Of a stretch of 64,000 nucleotides of DNA, positions 23,934-35,500 are shown in pieces (positions within the stretch are counted from its first letter, which is position 1; each line of letters begins with the position of its first letter). Under the pieces are notes generated by a model. That model saw only the letters and a list, made by a program, of their open reading frames with translations. It ran no database searches and was not told the DNA's origin. The stretch is from the NCBI GenBank assembly GCA_008632985.1, contig QPGO01000030.1, positions 310,001 through 374,000 of the forward strand. The letters are read 5' to 3'. The position numbers were made by a program, and so were the translations under genes. Source of the DNA: Psammoneis japonica (lineage: Eukaryota).

Positions 23934-25504
23934 CTACGCAAGAGACAGTTGTTGCAGCTCAACAAAAACGCTTGAAATGATTGAGTTGGAATATAAAAAC
24001 CCGTCCGGATCAACCAGACGTATCGTTCCATGAGATCCTTGGTCTTGACAATGTTCGGCCAAGCCAAGCTCCAGCGCCAGACCCGCTCCCAATAGAATGG
24101 AGGCGACAATTTCTGTTCCATCTCTTCTGCTCGCGCACAGCCAGTCCAAGTCTAATCCATCCGAGGTGCGTAGTCTTGTCATTATCACATCTGTAAGTTG
24201 ATCAAAGTCATCTTCAACGTATAAAACATTCACCCAATCTGGAGTTACTTTGTAGTTCTGTTGTGTAACCCAAGAGATGTATTCAGACATGGCCCGAGGA
24301 CGGGCAAAGCGAATCCCACCCACTGAACTTGTCGCCCCCAAACCAACAGCTACATCAAGAACAGACACACGTTAGCTTGCCGCATACAATTTCGATCTGT
24401 TTTCGTCTTGTGTTGCGACTTACCAAACCACTGACTACCTGTCTCCCAGTAAATCTGATTATGAATACTCCTTTTGCTGTTCGTTGTTCCGTCAACGTCG
24501 CGCAACGCATACGAGCTTATTTCGTAGTGCTCGTATCCCTTGGATCGTAGATAGCCAGATGCGTACTTGTACATGAACGCACAATCCTCAGCTGTTGGTA
24601 GTTGAGGAGGTGATATTCTTTCAATTGGCCGACTAGGACGAGCGTACTCATTGGAATTGTCGTCGTCATACCATTTGCCAAACACTGTGCCACTTTCAAT
24701 CTGAAGATCATAGAGACTCAAATGAGATGGCTTTGGATGAATGTGGCATGTCGCTTTTTCCAGCGTTTCTGCCCATTTTGCCAACGACAAACCAGGAAGA
24801 CCGGAAATGAGGTCCATGCTGTAGTTGGCATCATCACCGTATACTTGTTGAATCATAGAAAGAGACTCTATGATGTCGCTGTAGCGATGGACTCTTCCAA
24901 TCATTTGACAAATATCATTGTCAAAAGATTGCACACCAAGAGAGAGTCGATTGAATCCCATGTTCTTGAGTGACTGTAGTTTTTCAACGGAGAAGGTCCC
25001 TGGGTCAATTTCAATAGTCACCTCTGCGTCATTCTGAACACTGAAGCCTGGGTCGTCAACGATTGCCTCCAGGATTTTCTGTAACGTTTCCGTCGACGCC
25101 AAGCTGGGTGTTCCTCCTCCAAAATAGATGGAACGAACCGAAGTTGGTTTTTCGGAATGCTTGCTTATCAGGGAGAGTTCCTTGAGCACAGCATCTCTGT
25201 AGGAGGTTTCCATATCGAGAAATCCTTGATGTGTTTTTTCACTTGACGACGGGTTACCCACGGGGACAATGGCAAAGTCACAGTACCGACAGCGTCTTCG
25301 ACAGAATGGAATATGTACGTAGAGACCCACACTCTTGTCAGTATCGACGCTGCACTGATGCTGCAGCAGCAGAGTTGTTTGCGGTGATTGGTATTTTCGT
25401 CGTTGCCCTCCAACAGCACACAAATGCTTCTTCGATACAAATCCATACACCGCCGCATGAAAGCAACTTAGCAGAAGGAAGAACGTAGCACCAGTGAAAA
25501 TCAT
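23934..25504 (-). CDS. hemW: HemN-like radical SAM protein (HemW/RSAD1 heme chaperone type); one intron near 24340-24423
   Basis: LYVHIPFCRRRCRYCDF, YFGGGTPS, NRLSLGVQSF, HYEISSYA and HNQIYW motifs; N-terminal targeting peptide. Confidence 0.88.
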
Positions 25505-25859
25505 GAAAACTTCAGCAATAATTGATCGTCGCGATCATCGTCATCGCTGTCTCACATCAAAAATTGACCGCGATTGAACGCGGGAACCATCGAGTCACGA
25601 GTTCTAATTGCGCGCGTACGCCAACGCGCGTTGCGCCATTTTTTGTGACCCTCCGCGCGATCGACCGCGGGACGAGTTGGAAGTTGCTGATGTTGCAGAA
25701 GTTGGAAGGACAGTAGCGGGAGTTGTTGCTTCTGCTGTCTCAGAGACTAGCACCAAAAGTTGCTGTCAAGTGCTAAGTATCCGTTTTCGTTTACTGTAAG
25801 CCTTATCGAGCTTGGTGGGATATAATATTTGTTATCTTTGTTTTGAAATTGTCTTCGTT

Positions 25860-27224
25860 ATGGAAACACCCGACAATCGGAAACGAGCTGCATCAGATGA
25901 TGATATCAACAGTGCTGATGCAGCAACAAAACGTCCTCGGTGCCACGACGCACCACCAAATAATAATAATTCTTCTGACAGAGATGAGACGAAAGATCAA
26001 GACAAAGAAATTCACTCGGTAGAAGCGCACTTCTCTGTTCCGCTAGATTTCATTTTTCGACAGGTGCCGTCTCCGCTAACATCATCCATGACAACGCCTA
26101 CGAAACAGCGACGAAAGACTCTCTTGACACGCTCCGAGGCTCGGTGCCTGCTTTCCATAAATCATCTAGCACATGAAATTGATATACTTATCGACGTGGC
26201 AGCAAGAGCAAGTGAACGCGGACGGCAGAGCCGGTCTCTAAGGCAACAGATTGAGAGCAATGCAAATCATCCAATTCTCCGGCCGGTGCTAGTAATGCTT
26301 GCCGTTCATGGCGGACAGCTTGTTGACAAGGCATTGCTTCACGTGGAAACGGAATTAAGCAACAGAATACTTCCTGAGCTTGAACTGCATGCTAAGGCTC
26401 TGCGTCAATTTTCAGAACAAAACTTAACCTTGTCAGAGTCCTTGCTGGACGCATTTGGAGAAGACAGCGATGACATGAGAGGATGTAGTTCACCATCGTC
26501 AGGACAATTATTGGCCAAAGAGAAACGTGCATGTGGGGATATACAAGAGGAGCTCTATACTCGTATTGAAAAAATGATGGAATCCGTCAAGGCCGCGAAT
26601 ACGAGTGCAATAAAAGAGGATTTATCTATTTCGACGCTCGAGATCAATGCTGCGGCAAATGCGGGCGTGCATCATGCAACAGCGGAACACAAGAGCTTGG
26701 AGCTCTCCGAAGCAATTCAGAGATCAGTGAATGAAACAGTAGAGGTGGAGGCTTGCATGGCTGACTTTTGTAGTGCTTTGCTGCAAGATTCCCTCACCCC
26801 CTACGGCAGCTCTGGCATTTCCATGGACACCACCTCTGTTGAACGAGACGTCAGGCAACATTCGAATCCTTCTTCTCCAGCTGCATCACCGCCACTAGAT
26901 CCGGTGCTGGAGAGATCCAGTCAAGTCTCACCGGGGTCGTCAAAGTCAGGGAGTGAACGCGGCCGAGAAAGCCCAAGTGCTAATTCAAAGCTGGGTGAAT
27001 CCAGTTTTTACGATACAGGTCCACTTCATTCTCCACAAAGAAACGCCGTAACGCCGTTTTCTTCGATGGCAGGCACCGGTATAGCAGTTTTTGCACCGGC
27101 ACAAACACCAGAGAACAACCACAACCGGGAACATTCCCAGGCTGAGTCGCCTCCAGCAAGCACTCAAAGCGCAGTGGAAGCGCTGACTGTCCTTGCATAT
27201 GGCGGCGCAGATCACCAGAATTAA
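25860..27224 (+). CDS. Hypothetical protein (NLS-like N-terminus, helical core, Ser/Pro-rich tail)
   Basis: Open frame of more than 450 codons with normal composition; no family recognised. Confidence 0.65.
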   Translation: METPDNRKRAASDDDINSADAATKRPRCHDAPPNNNNSSDRDETKDQDKEIHSVEAHFSVPLDFIFRQVPSPLTSSMTTPTKQRRKTLLTRSEARCLLSINHLAHEIDILIDVAARASERGRQSRSLRQQIESNANHPILRPVLVMLAVHGGQLVDKALLHVETELSNRILPELELHAKALRQFSEQNLTLSESLLDAFGEDSDDMRGCSSPSSGQLLAKEKRACGDIQEELYTRIEKMMESVKAANTSAIKEDLSISTLEINAAANAGVHHATAEHKSLELSEAIQRSVNETVEVEACMADFCSALLQDSLTPYGSSGISMDTTSVERDVRQHSNPSSPAASPPLDPVLERSSQVSPGSSKSGSERGRESPSANSKLGESSFYDTGPLHSPQRNAVTPFSSMAGTGIAVFAPAQTPENNHNREHSQAESPPASTQSAVEALTVLAYGGADHQN

Positions 27225-27666
27225 AAGTCACAAGTTGCGCAGATAGCGCAGTTACCAAAGCAAGCAGTGCGTGTGTAGTATCTTCTTGTACAAGATGTAA
27301 AAGTAGATCCCATATGTTGTCTCATATCACAACCCGCGAAAAATAAGTGGTCGTGATGATGGAGAGAATGGCACTGCCTCAGCCCCCAACAAGACCACAA
27401 ACAAATCAATATGCACAGATGACCCCAAGCCCATAGCTTGTAATTTGATCCCAAAATAAGAAACGCAATAAATAATCAGTACGGAACAGTACAGGTACTG
27501 TAGGGACTTCTGGAGATCTAAGAGCTCCGCTCGTCCAGAGCTCGAAGAAACGAACGTTGATGTAGAGTGATGCGCTCCTCGCGAAATGCCCACTGATAGC
27601 TGCTTGTCTGAGTCAAGTTTTCTGCAGTATTTTTCCTAATTCCCCATATCTGTAGCTAGGGTCACT

Positions 27667-29178
27667 CTAGACCGATTGTTGTTTGACTGCAAGTCGTTTT
27701 TGCAACATATTTTCTCGAGCGGTGGCAGTACGTGCTTGACTGGACGTGCGTCCCCCGCCATTTCGTTTGCCATCGCAAATCAACTCCTCGATGCGTCGTA
27801 CGGGATCTGGCAACAGCCGTAGTCGACAAGCACCAGAAGTTTGATTCAGGAACGGTTTCAAATAAGGCATGACTCGTCCTGGAAAACCTCCCCCGTTCCC
27901 ACTCTTGTGGGCGTCGCAGTCTTCGATCCAAATGGCACCATCCGCACGAACCCGCAAGAAACATATCCATGGATCTTCGTAGATTGACAGATGCAGGTCG
28001 GATCGAATGTTTGATAAAATGGCATCATTGAGGAAGGTTTCCGAGTGCATGGCCGTCCCAGGAGCAGCAACATGTGTGGCGTAATGGTCAATTCGACGGA
28101 ACCTTTCGGCAGCCCACAACTTGACAGCGTCGTAGGGGCCGACAATCATGCGGTCGTTGATGGGATATTTGGCAAAATCGGGAATGACAACCACGTTGGA
28201 TGTTGTGGTAGATTGTATCACGTCTGGGTTACCAGCGATGTTCGCTATTGAGTCTGAAGATAATAGAGACTGTGGTTTACCGTTGCTGTTGGCGTCACTG
28301 ATTCCACCAGCAGTGGTAGATTCTTCTTTCGGAATGGCATATATATCCACCGGGGTAATGTATACAACGTCACTTCGCATCATGGCCACTTGCTGATAAC
28401 GTTTTTGTGGCTGCTGCGTTTGTTCCATGAGGTTCCATACAGCATCAATGCTATGCCATTGTTTGACAATATTGTCAATAGTATCAGGATACACATACGT
28501 TGGTTCCGTATACGGAAAATACGTAAATGTGCCGTCGCTATTGCGAGTGCTGCGATATTTCATCAACTGTGTTTGTCGTTTCTCCCAGAAGGTTTCGTTG
28601 GTGTCATGAATAATGGAAACCCGGGGTGATGTATGAGTTCCTTTAGGAATCACGCTTCCGTTGCTGTACAAGTCTGCAACGGCCTTGCTCAGCAATTGAA
28701 TGTCATCCGGGTGGATCATTCCTCCCCTTCCGGATCGCCCATTGGATACTTCTCGATCCACGTGATAATAGTGGACAAAGTAATCACAACCATAGCGAAG
28801 ATTCGGTTGAATGACATTTTCCACCAAGGATGGCAAGACGTATTGTCGAAAGGCGCGAGGAAGTCCAAAGAGTAAAATGGCACAAGATCCATAGGGTGGT
28901 AATTCGGTTGGTGCAACTCTTGGCTTTGGATTGGTGTTGTTGCTGATGTTTCCTTTGCCGACGTTCTTTCCCATACTTGTCGGTTTCATAATAGCTGAAT
29001 GACCATGATGATCCACAGGAAAAGTTGCGTCACCCGCACGACGCTGTCCTTCGCCGTCCATCAAATGTATCAGAGCTGTATTGGAGACAAACGTCACCAC
29101 CACAAATATGAACAGGACATACATGACGAGCTTGTTGGCGGAGATCGCGACTCCGCTTCTGCGTGGAAGACATTTCAT
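27667..29178 (-). CDS. Type II membrane protein, glycosyltransferase-like
   Basis: Single N-terminal TM helix and stem, followed by CAILLFGLPRAF, MMRSDVVY, NDRM and HSETFL motifs. Confidence 0.65.
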   Translation of the reverse strand: MKCLPRRSGVAISANKLVMYVLFIFVVVTFVSNTALIHLMDGEGQRRAGDATFPVDHHGHSAIMKPTSMGKNVGKGNISNNTNPKPRVAPTELPPYGSCAILLFGLPRAFRQYVLPSLVENVIQPNLRYGCDYFVHYYHVDREVSNGRSGRGGMIHPDDIQLLSKAVADLYSNGSVIPKGTHTSPRVSIIHDTNETFWEKRQTQLMKYRSTRNSDGTFTYFPYTEPTYVYPDTIDNIVKQWHSIDAVWNLMEQTQQPQKRYQQVAMMRSDVVYITPVDIYAIPKEESTTAGGISDANSNGKPQSLLSSDSIANIAGNPDVIQSTTTSNVVVIPDFAKYPINDRMIVGPYDAVKLWAAERFRRIDHYATHVAAPGTAMHSETFLNDAILSNIRSDLHLSIYEDPWICFLRVRADGAIWIEDCDAHKSGNGGGFPGRVMPYLKPFLNQTSGACRLRLLPDPVRRIEELICDGKRNGGGRTSSQARTATARENMLQKRLAVKQQSV

Positions 29179-29599
29179 CTTCTTGTTTAGCGACTTGCTC
29201 GTGCAATGAAGAAAAGATCGAATACGGGTATGAGCTAAATTCCACCGCTCACATCATCAGGGTGTCCCGAGATTGGCGTCCTGGTAACAAATCGGTATTA
29301 ATAACCCGCAGCGACTGCTCTGTCATTTAACGCAGTACCGGAAGTCGCCATTGCGTCTCCCAAAGGCAGGAGGCAAAAAAAATAAGCGGCATCAGCGACC
29401 GACGCGCGCGGTCGACGCATGGACTCACCACACGATGGAGAGTTGCATGTTGTGATACGAATGGACTGACCATCCAAATCACGACGGGGATCCCCTCACA
29501 GGATCGAAGATCAAGATGGAAGAAGCTCAACTTTCGTGGCCCCCAACTGTTCGAGAGACAAAATTTACCAAAAAGCTTCATCCCACGAAGAAAGAATTA

Positions 29600-32500
29600 G
29601 TTGTCACAATGAAGAATCACTGTTTTGCCCCACTTTTTTTTTGTGCACAACAGTGTGCTTTTCTTGTTTTTCTCTCTTCAGCTGGGCAAGCCAGCCAAGG
29701 ACAGTGGTGTGGCAGCAGGTGCAAATGTCTTCATCATGCTCCACTGCTGTTTGTGTCAGGCCTGAGTCCATCTGTTCTGCTGTCCATTTGGGACCTTTGA
29801 GTTTCCTGTGCCATTGTGATCCTTCAATGCGCGCTGACAGGTTTTCATCCTTTGCAGGCTGTGAGAGAAGGGTGTGTGTTTCACACAACAAGAAACAATG
29901 TCCCCATGCCAACAAACATGTCTGCCATTCTTTGGGTGCTGGTGATTGGTGAAAACAAGTGGGGGCAGAGACTGGCCCTCACATTTGCTGTGCCCCCCAT
30001 GTTTTTGAGCTGGTGGTGCTGAGATGATTGCCCGCCGTCCTGGGTCACACCTCATTTGCCCAGGAATTCTGCATGGGAGCCTTTGCAGCTGTTTGACAAG
30101 CTCAAGTTTCAGAAACACTTCCATGTTGTCACACAAGCTGCAAGCCTCCAGAAAGCATGGCAACTGGCAAGTGCCAAGAACACCCTTTGAGAATGGACAC
30201 ATTTTGATCAGACATGGCTGCCAGGACAAGAGAATCTGGGTCAGTTGCTTGTCACCCTTGTGTGATGAAATGACCAACATGCAAGGATTGTGAACAACAG
30301 GATGAGCTGGAGATGCACTTCACTGCCCTCATCTTTGCATCTTTGAGCCCAGATGTGGCAATGTCCATGTCATCTCAAAACAAAAAGCTTCCTCAAGAGA
30401 CTCCAGAATTGCACTTGCAAACATCCAGCATTGTCCCAATTTGTTGTTGGTCAGTTTAGAGAGTGCATTTCCAAGTCTGGATTGTGCACTGGTGGGCTCT
30501 TTGGTTTCTTTCATTTTTGCTTTGCACTCAACAATGTAGAAATCCCAACATTGTTTGGGGGGGGGGGGAGGTTCTGTGAGGGTCTTTCAAAGATGCTTTT
30601 GAAATGGTCTGCCAAGAACACCAGCCATTGACAGGACAGTCTTGACCTTGACACCACAAATCATCACACTGCAAGAAGAACACTGTGTTTCAAAAAGCAC
30701 AAGGCCATCTTTGGGAGATTGTGTGGCTGAGACAAGAGTGGGGCAAGGTTGCTGTTTCCTGTGACTTGGATTTGAGGAAACAAGAAATCAAAAGGCCCAC
30801 ATTTGCACCTGCCACCACAGCACTCATGGCAGCCAGCTTGTCATCAAGTCTGTTTTCTGCAGAATGAAGCACAAACTCAAACCCAGAAGAAGAGGAGTTG
30901 CCAGCAGGGTTGTTGAAGGTCCCATCTCCAAAATCCTGTCCAAGCCAGCAACAGCAGTGTTGCAGCAACAGAAGAAATGTTCAACATCCTTTGTGGAGTT
31001 CATTGTTTTGAGGCATGCCAGGGGGACATGTTTTCAATGTGGCATCTCTTCACCATGATTGCTTCTTTGGTCAATTTCAACCATGCAATTGGTTTTGTCA
31101 GTTTCAAAGACATCTCTGGGAATCTGTTTTGCAGGAGAGACTCCATTGGATCATTTTGTCATGACCCTGAAAAAGTCAGGTGAGCGGGTGCTTCACACAG
31201 ATCAACTCTGTGTGAGTGCCTCCATGATGACACTTTCCATGACATTGTGCTGGGACAATGTTTTTCTTGGTGCAAGCTTTTGACCAGGACAACTTCAGAA
31301 GCAGCTGTGCAATGCTTTTCACTTTGAGCCATGGAATGCAAGTGTGGTGCAACATGTGGCAGTGGCAAGAGGAAGGAGACAATTCATCCCATGCATGTGA
31401 AGTGCAGTTGTCAAAAGTGGCAAGCTCTGCATGGCATGAAACCTTCAGGACAGTGCACAAAGGCAGTGCCCTTTTCTTCTGATGGGGCAACATTTGAAGG
31501 AATCTCTACAATCAGGTGTGTGGTCGTGCACCACTCACCTTTGATGGGAAAACACAACCAAGGGAAACAATCAGTGACAACAATTTTGTGCATGTCAAAA
31601 GGAAAGAAATGCATGAAACCCCAACCCTTGGCTGCAGAGCAAAAACCCAAGGCACCCAACACTTTGAAATGACACCTTCAAGGGTGGCTGTCAAGTTCTT
31701 GTTTGACGCTTTGGCAAAAGCAACTGTGACACACCCCAGTGCTTGGGAAATGATCCCACACACTCTTGCAAGTTGGTTGAACAGGGGGGTTGGCACACAG
31801 AGTTGAGGCTGCCGCCGTCATTGCTGCAGAGGAAAGGCATTCTTCATGCCCTGCACTTGGGAGCCTTTGCAGCTGTTTGACAAGCTCAAGTTTCAGAAAC
31901 ACTTCCATGTTGTCACACAAGCCACAAGCCTCCAGAAGGCATGGCAACTGGCAAATGCTGAGAACACCCTTTGAGAATGGAGACATTTTGATCAGACATG
32001 GCAAGCCAAGAGAATCTGGGTCAGTTGTTGCTTGTCATGGTGTGATGAAACGAGCAACATGCAAGGATCAAGAACAACAGGATGAGCTGGAGATGCACCT
32101 TGCTGCCCTTGCCTTTGTGTCTTTGAGCCCAGATGTGGCAATTTCCATGTCATCTCAAAACAAAGAGCTTCCTCAAGAGACTCCAGAACTGCACTTGCAA
32201 AACATCTGGCATTGTTCCAATTTGTTGTTGGTCAGTTTTGAGAGTGCATTTCCAAGTCTGGATTGTGCATTGCCAGGCTCTGTGGTTTCTTCACTTTTTG
32301 CTTTTTGCTCAACAATGTAGAAATCCCAACATTGTTTGGGGGCTGGGGGGGAGGTTCTGTGAGGGTCTTTCAAAGATGCTTTTGAAATGGTCTGCCAAGA
32401 ACACCAGCCATTGACAGGACAGTCTTGACCTTGACACCACAAATCATCACATTGTGAGAAGAATGCTGTGTGTCAAAAAACACAAGGCCATCTTTGGGAG

Positions 32501-35500
32501 ATTGTGTGGCTGAGACATGAGTGGGGCAAGGTTGCTGTTTCCTGTGACTTAGATTTGAGGAAACAAGAAATCAAAAGGCCCACATTTGCACCTGCCACCA
32601 CAGCACTCATGGCAGCCAGCTTGTCATCAAGTCTGTTTTCTGCAAAATGAAGCACAAACTCAAACCCAGAAGAAGAGGAGTTGCCAGCAGGGTTGTTGAA
32701 GGTCCCATCTCCAAAATCCTGTCCAAGCCAGCAACAGTGGTGTTGCAGCAACAGAAGAAATGTCCAACATCCTTTGTGGAGTTTCGTTGTTTTGAGGCAT
32801 GCCAGGGGGGGCATGTTTTCAATGTGGCATCTCTTCACCATGATTGCTTCTTTGGTCAATTTCAACCATGCAATTGGTTTTGTCAGTTTCAAAGACATCT
32901 GGGAATCTGTTTTGCAGGAGAGACTCTGTTGGATCATTTTGTCATGTTGCCCTGAAAAAGCCAGGTGAGGGGGTGCTTCACACAGATCAACTCTGTGTGA
33001 GTGCCTCAATGATGGCACTTTCCATCATGACATTTTGCTGGGACAATGTCTTTCTTGCATGCTTGGCAAGGATGAAACATCAGAGTCGGCTGTGCAGCCA
33101 TTTTCACTTTGAGCCATGGACACACAAGTGTGGCACAACATGCAGCAGCAGTGACAAGAGGAAGGAACAATTTGTCCCATGATGCATGTGAAGTGCAGTT
33201 GTCAGAAGTGGCAACCTCTGCAGAGCATGAAGCCTTTGGGACAGTGCGCAAAGGTGGCACCCTCTTCTTCTGATGGGGCAACATTTGAAGGAATCTCTGC
33301 AATCAGGTGTGTGGTGGTGTGCTCACCTTTGGCAAGAAAAATGCAACAAAGGGAAACAGTCAAGGACAACAGCTCTCTGTGCATGTCAAAAGGAAAGAAA
33401 TCCAAACAACAACCCCCAGCCCTTTGCTGCAGATCAAGAATCCAAGGCACCACAACACTTTGAAAAGACACCTTCAAGGGTGGCTTTCAAGCTCTCCTTT
33501 GGTGCTTTGGCAAAAGTGTGTGTTGAGCTTGCCCCCCAATGTGAGAAGCAAAAGCCTGCTTTTGGCTCACAACAAAAACTGCAGAAGGCCCCATGTGCTG
33601 CCAAAACCTTTTACAAATCATGTTTTCTGCAGAATGAAGCACAAACTCAAACCCAGAAGAAGAGGAGTTGCCAGCAGGGTTGTTGTAGGTCCCATCTCCA
33701 AAATCCTGTCCAAGCCAGCAACAGTGGTGTTGCAGCAACAGAAGAAATGTCCAACATCCTTTGTGGAGTTTCGTTGTTTTGAGGCATGCCAGGGGGGGGA
33801 TGTTTTCAATGTGGCATCTCTTCACCATGATTGCTTCTTTGGTCAATTTCAACCATGCAATTGGTTTTGTCAGTTTCAAAGACATCTGGGAATCTGTTTT
33901 GCAGGAGAGACTCCATTGGATCATTTTGTCGTGACCCTGAAAAAGTCAGGTGAGCAGGTGCTTCACACAGATCAACTCTGTGTGAGTGCCTCCATGATGA
34001 CACTTTCCATGACATTGTGCTGGGACAATGTTTTTCTTGGTGCAAGCTTTTGACCAGGACAACTTCAGAAGCAGCTGTGCAATGCTTTTCACTTTGAGCC
34101 ATGAAATGCAAGTGTGGTGCAACATGTGGCAGCGGCAAGAGGAAGGAGACAATTCATCCCATGCATGTGAAGTGCAGTTGTCAAAAGTGGCAAGCTCCAC
34201 ATGGCATGAAACCTTCAGGACAGTGCACAAAGGCAGTGCCCTTTTCTTCTGATGGGGCAACACTTGAAGGAATCTTGGTGGCTGTCAAGTTCTTGTTTGA
34301 TGCTTTGGCAAAAGCAACTGTGACACACCCCAGTGCTTTGGAAATGATCCCACACACTCTTGCAAGTTGGTTGAACAAGGGGGTTGGCACACAGAGTTGA
34401 GGCTGCCGCTGTCATTGCCGCAGAGGAAAGGCATCATGGGGAAGTCACTTCTGCATGTGAACAAAACTGCAAAGAAATTCTTGGCACCTTGTTCATCCCT
34501 TTTTGGGGCATCCCAGATGGAGTTGTTGGCATGCTGCATTGGGAGCTTCTTCATGCCCTGCACTTGGGGGGGCCTTTGCAGCTGTTTGACAAGCTCAAGT
34601 TTCAGAAACACTTCCATGTTGTCACACAAGCCACAAGCCTCCAGAAGGCATGGCAACTGGCAAATGCTAAGAACACCCTTTGAGAATGGAGACATTTTGA
34701 TCAGACATGGCAAGCCAAGAGAATCTGGGTCAGTTGTTGCTTGTCATGGTGTGATGAAATGAGCAACATGCAAGGATTGTGAACAACAGGATGAGCTGGA
34801 GATGCACTTTGCTGCCCTCACCTTTGTGTCTTTGAGCCCAGATGTGGCAATTTCCATGTCATCTCAAAACAAAGAGCTTCCTCAAGAGACTCCAGAACTG
34901 CACTTGCAAAACATCTGGCATTGTTCCAATTTGTTGTTGGTCAGTTTTGAGAGTGCATTTCCAAGTCTGGATTGTGCATTGCCAGGCTCTGTGGTTTCCT
35001 TCACTTTTTGCTTTGTGCTCAACAATGTAGAAATCCCAACATTGTTTGGGGGCTGGGGGGGAGGTTCTGTGAGGGTCTTTCAAAGATGCTTTTGAAATGG
35101 TCTGCCAAGAACACCAGCCATTGACAGGACAGTCTTGACCTTGACACCACAAATCATCACATTGTGAGAAGAATGCTGTGTGTCAAAAAACACAAGGCCA
35201 TCTTTGGGAGATTGTGTTGCTGAGACAAGAGTGGGGTAAGGTTGCTGTTTCCTGTGACTTAGATTTGAGGAAACAAGAAATCAAAAGGCCCACATTTGCA
35301 CCTGCCACCACAGCACTCATGGCAGCCAGCTTGTCATCAAGTCTGTTTTCTGCAGAATGAAGCACAAACTCAAACCCAGAAGAAGAAGAGTTGCCAGCAG
35401 GGTTGTTGAAGGTCCCATCTCCAAAATCCTGTCCAAGCCAGCAACAGTGGTGTTGCAGCAACAGAAGAAATGTTCAACATCCTTTGTGAAGTGCTTTGTT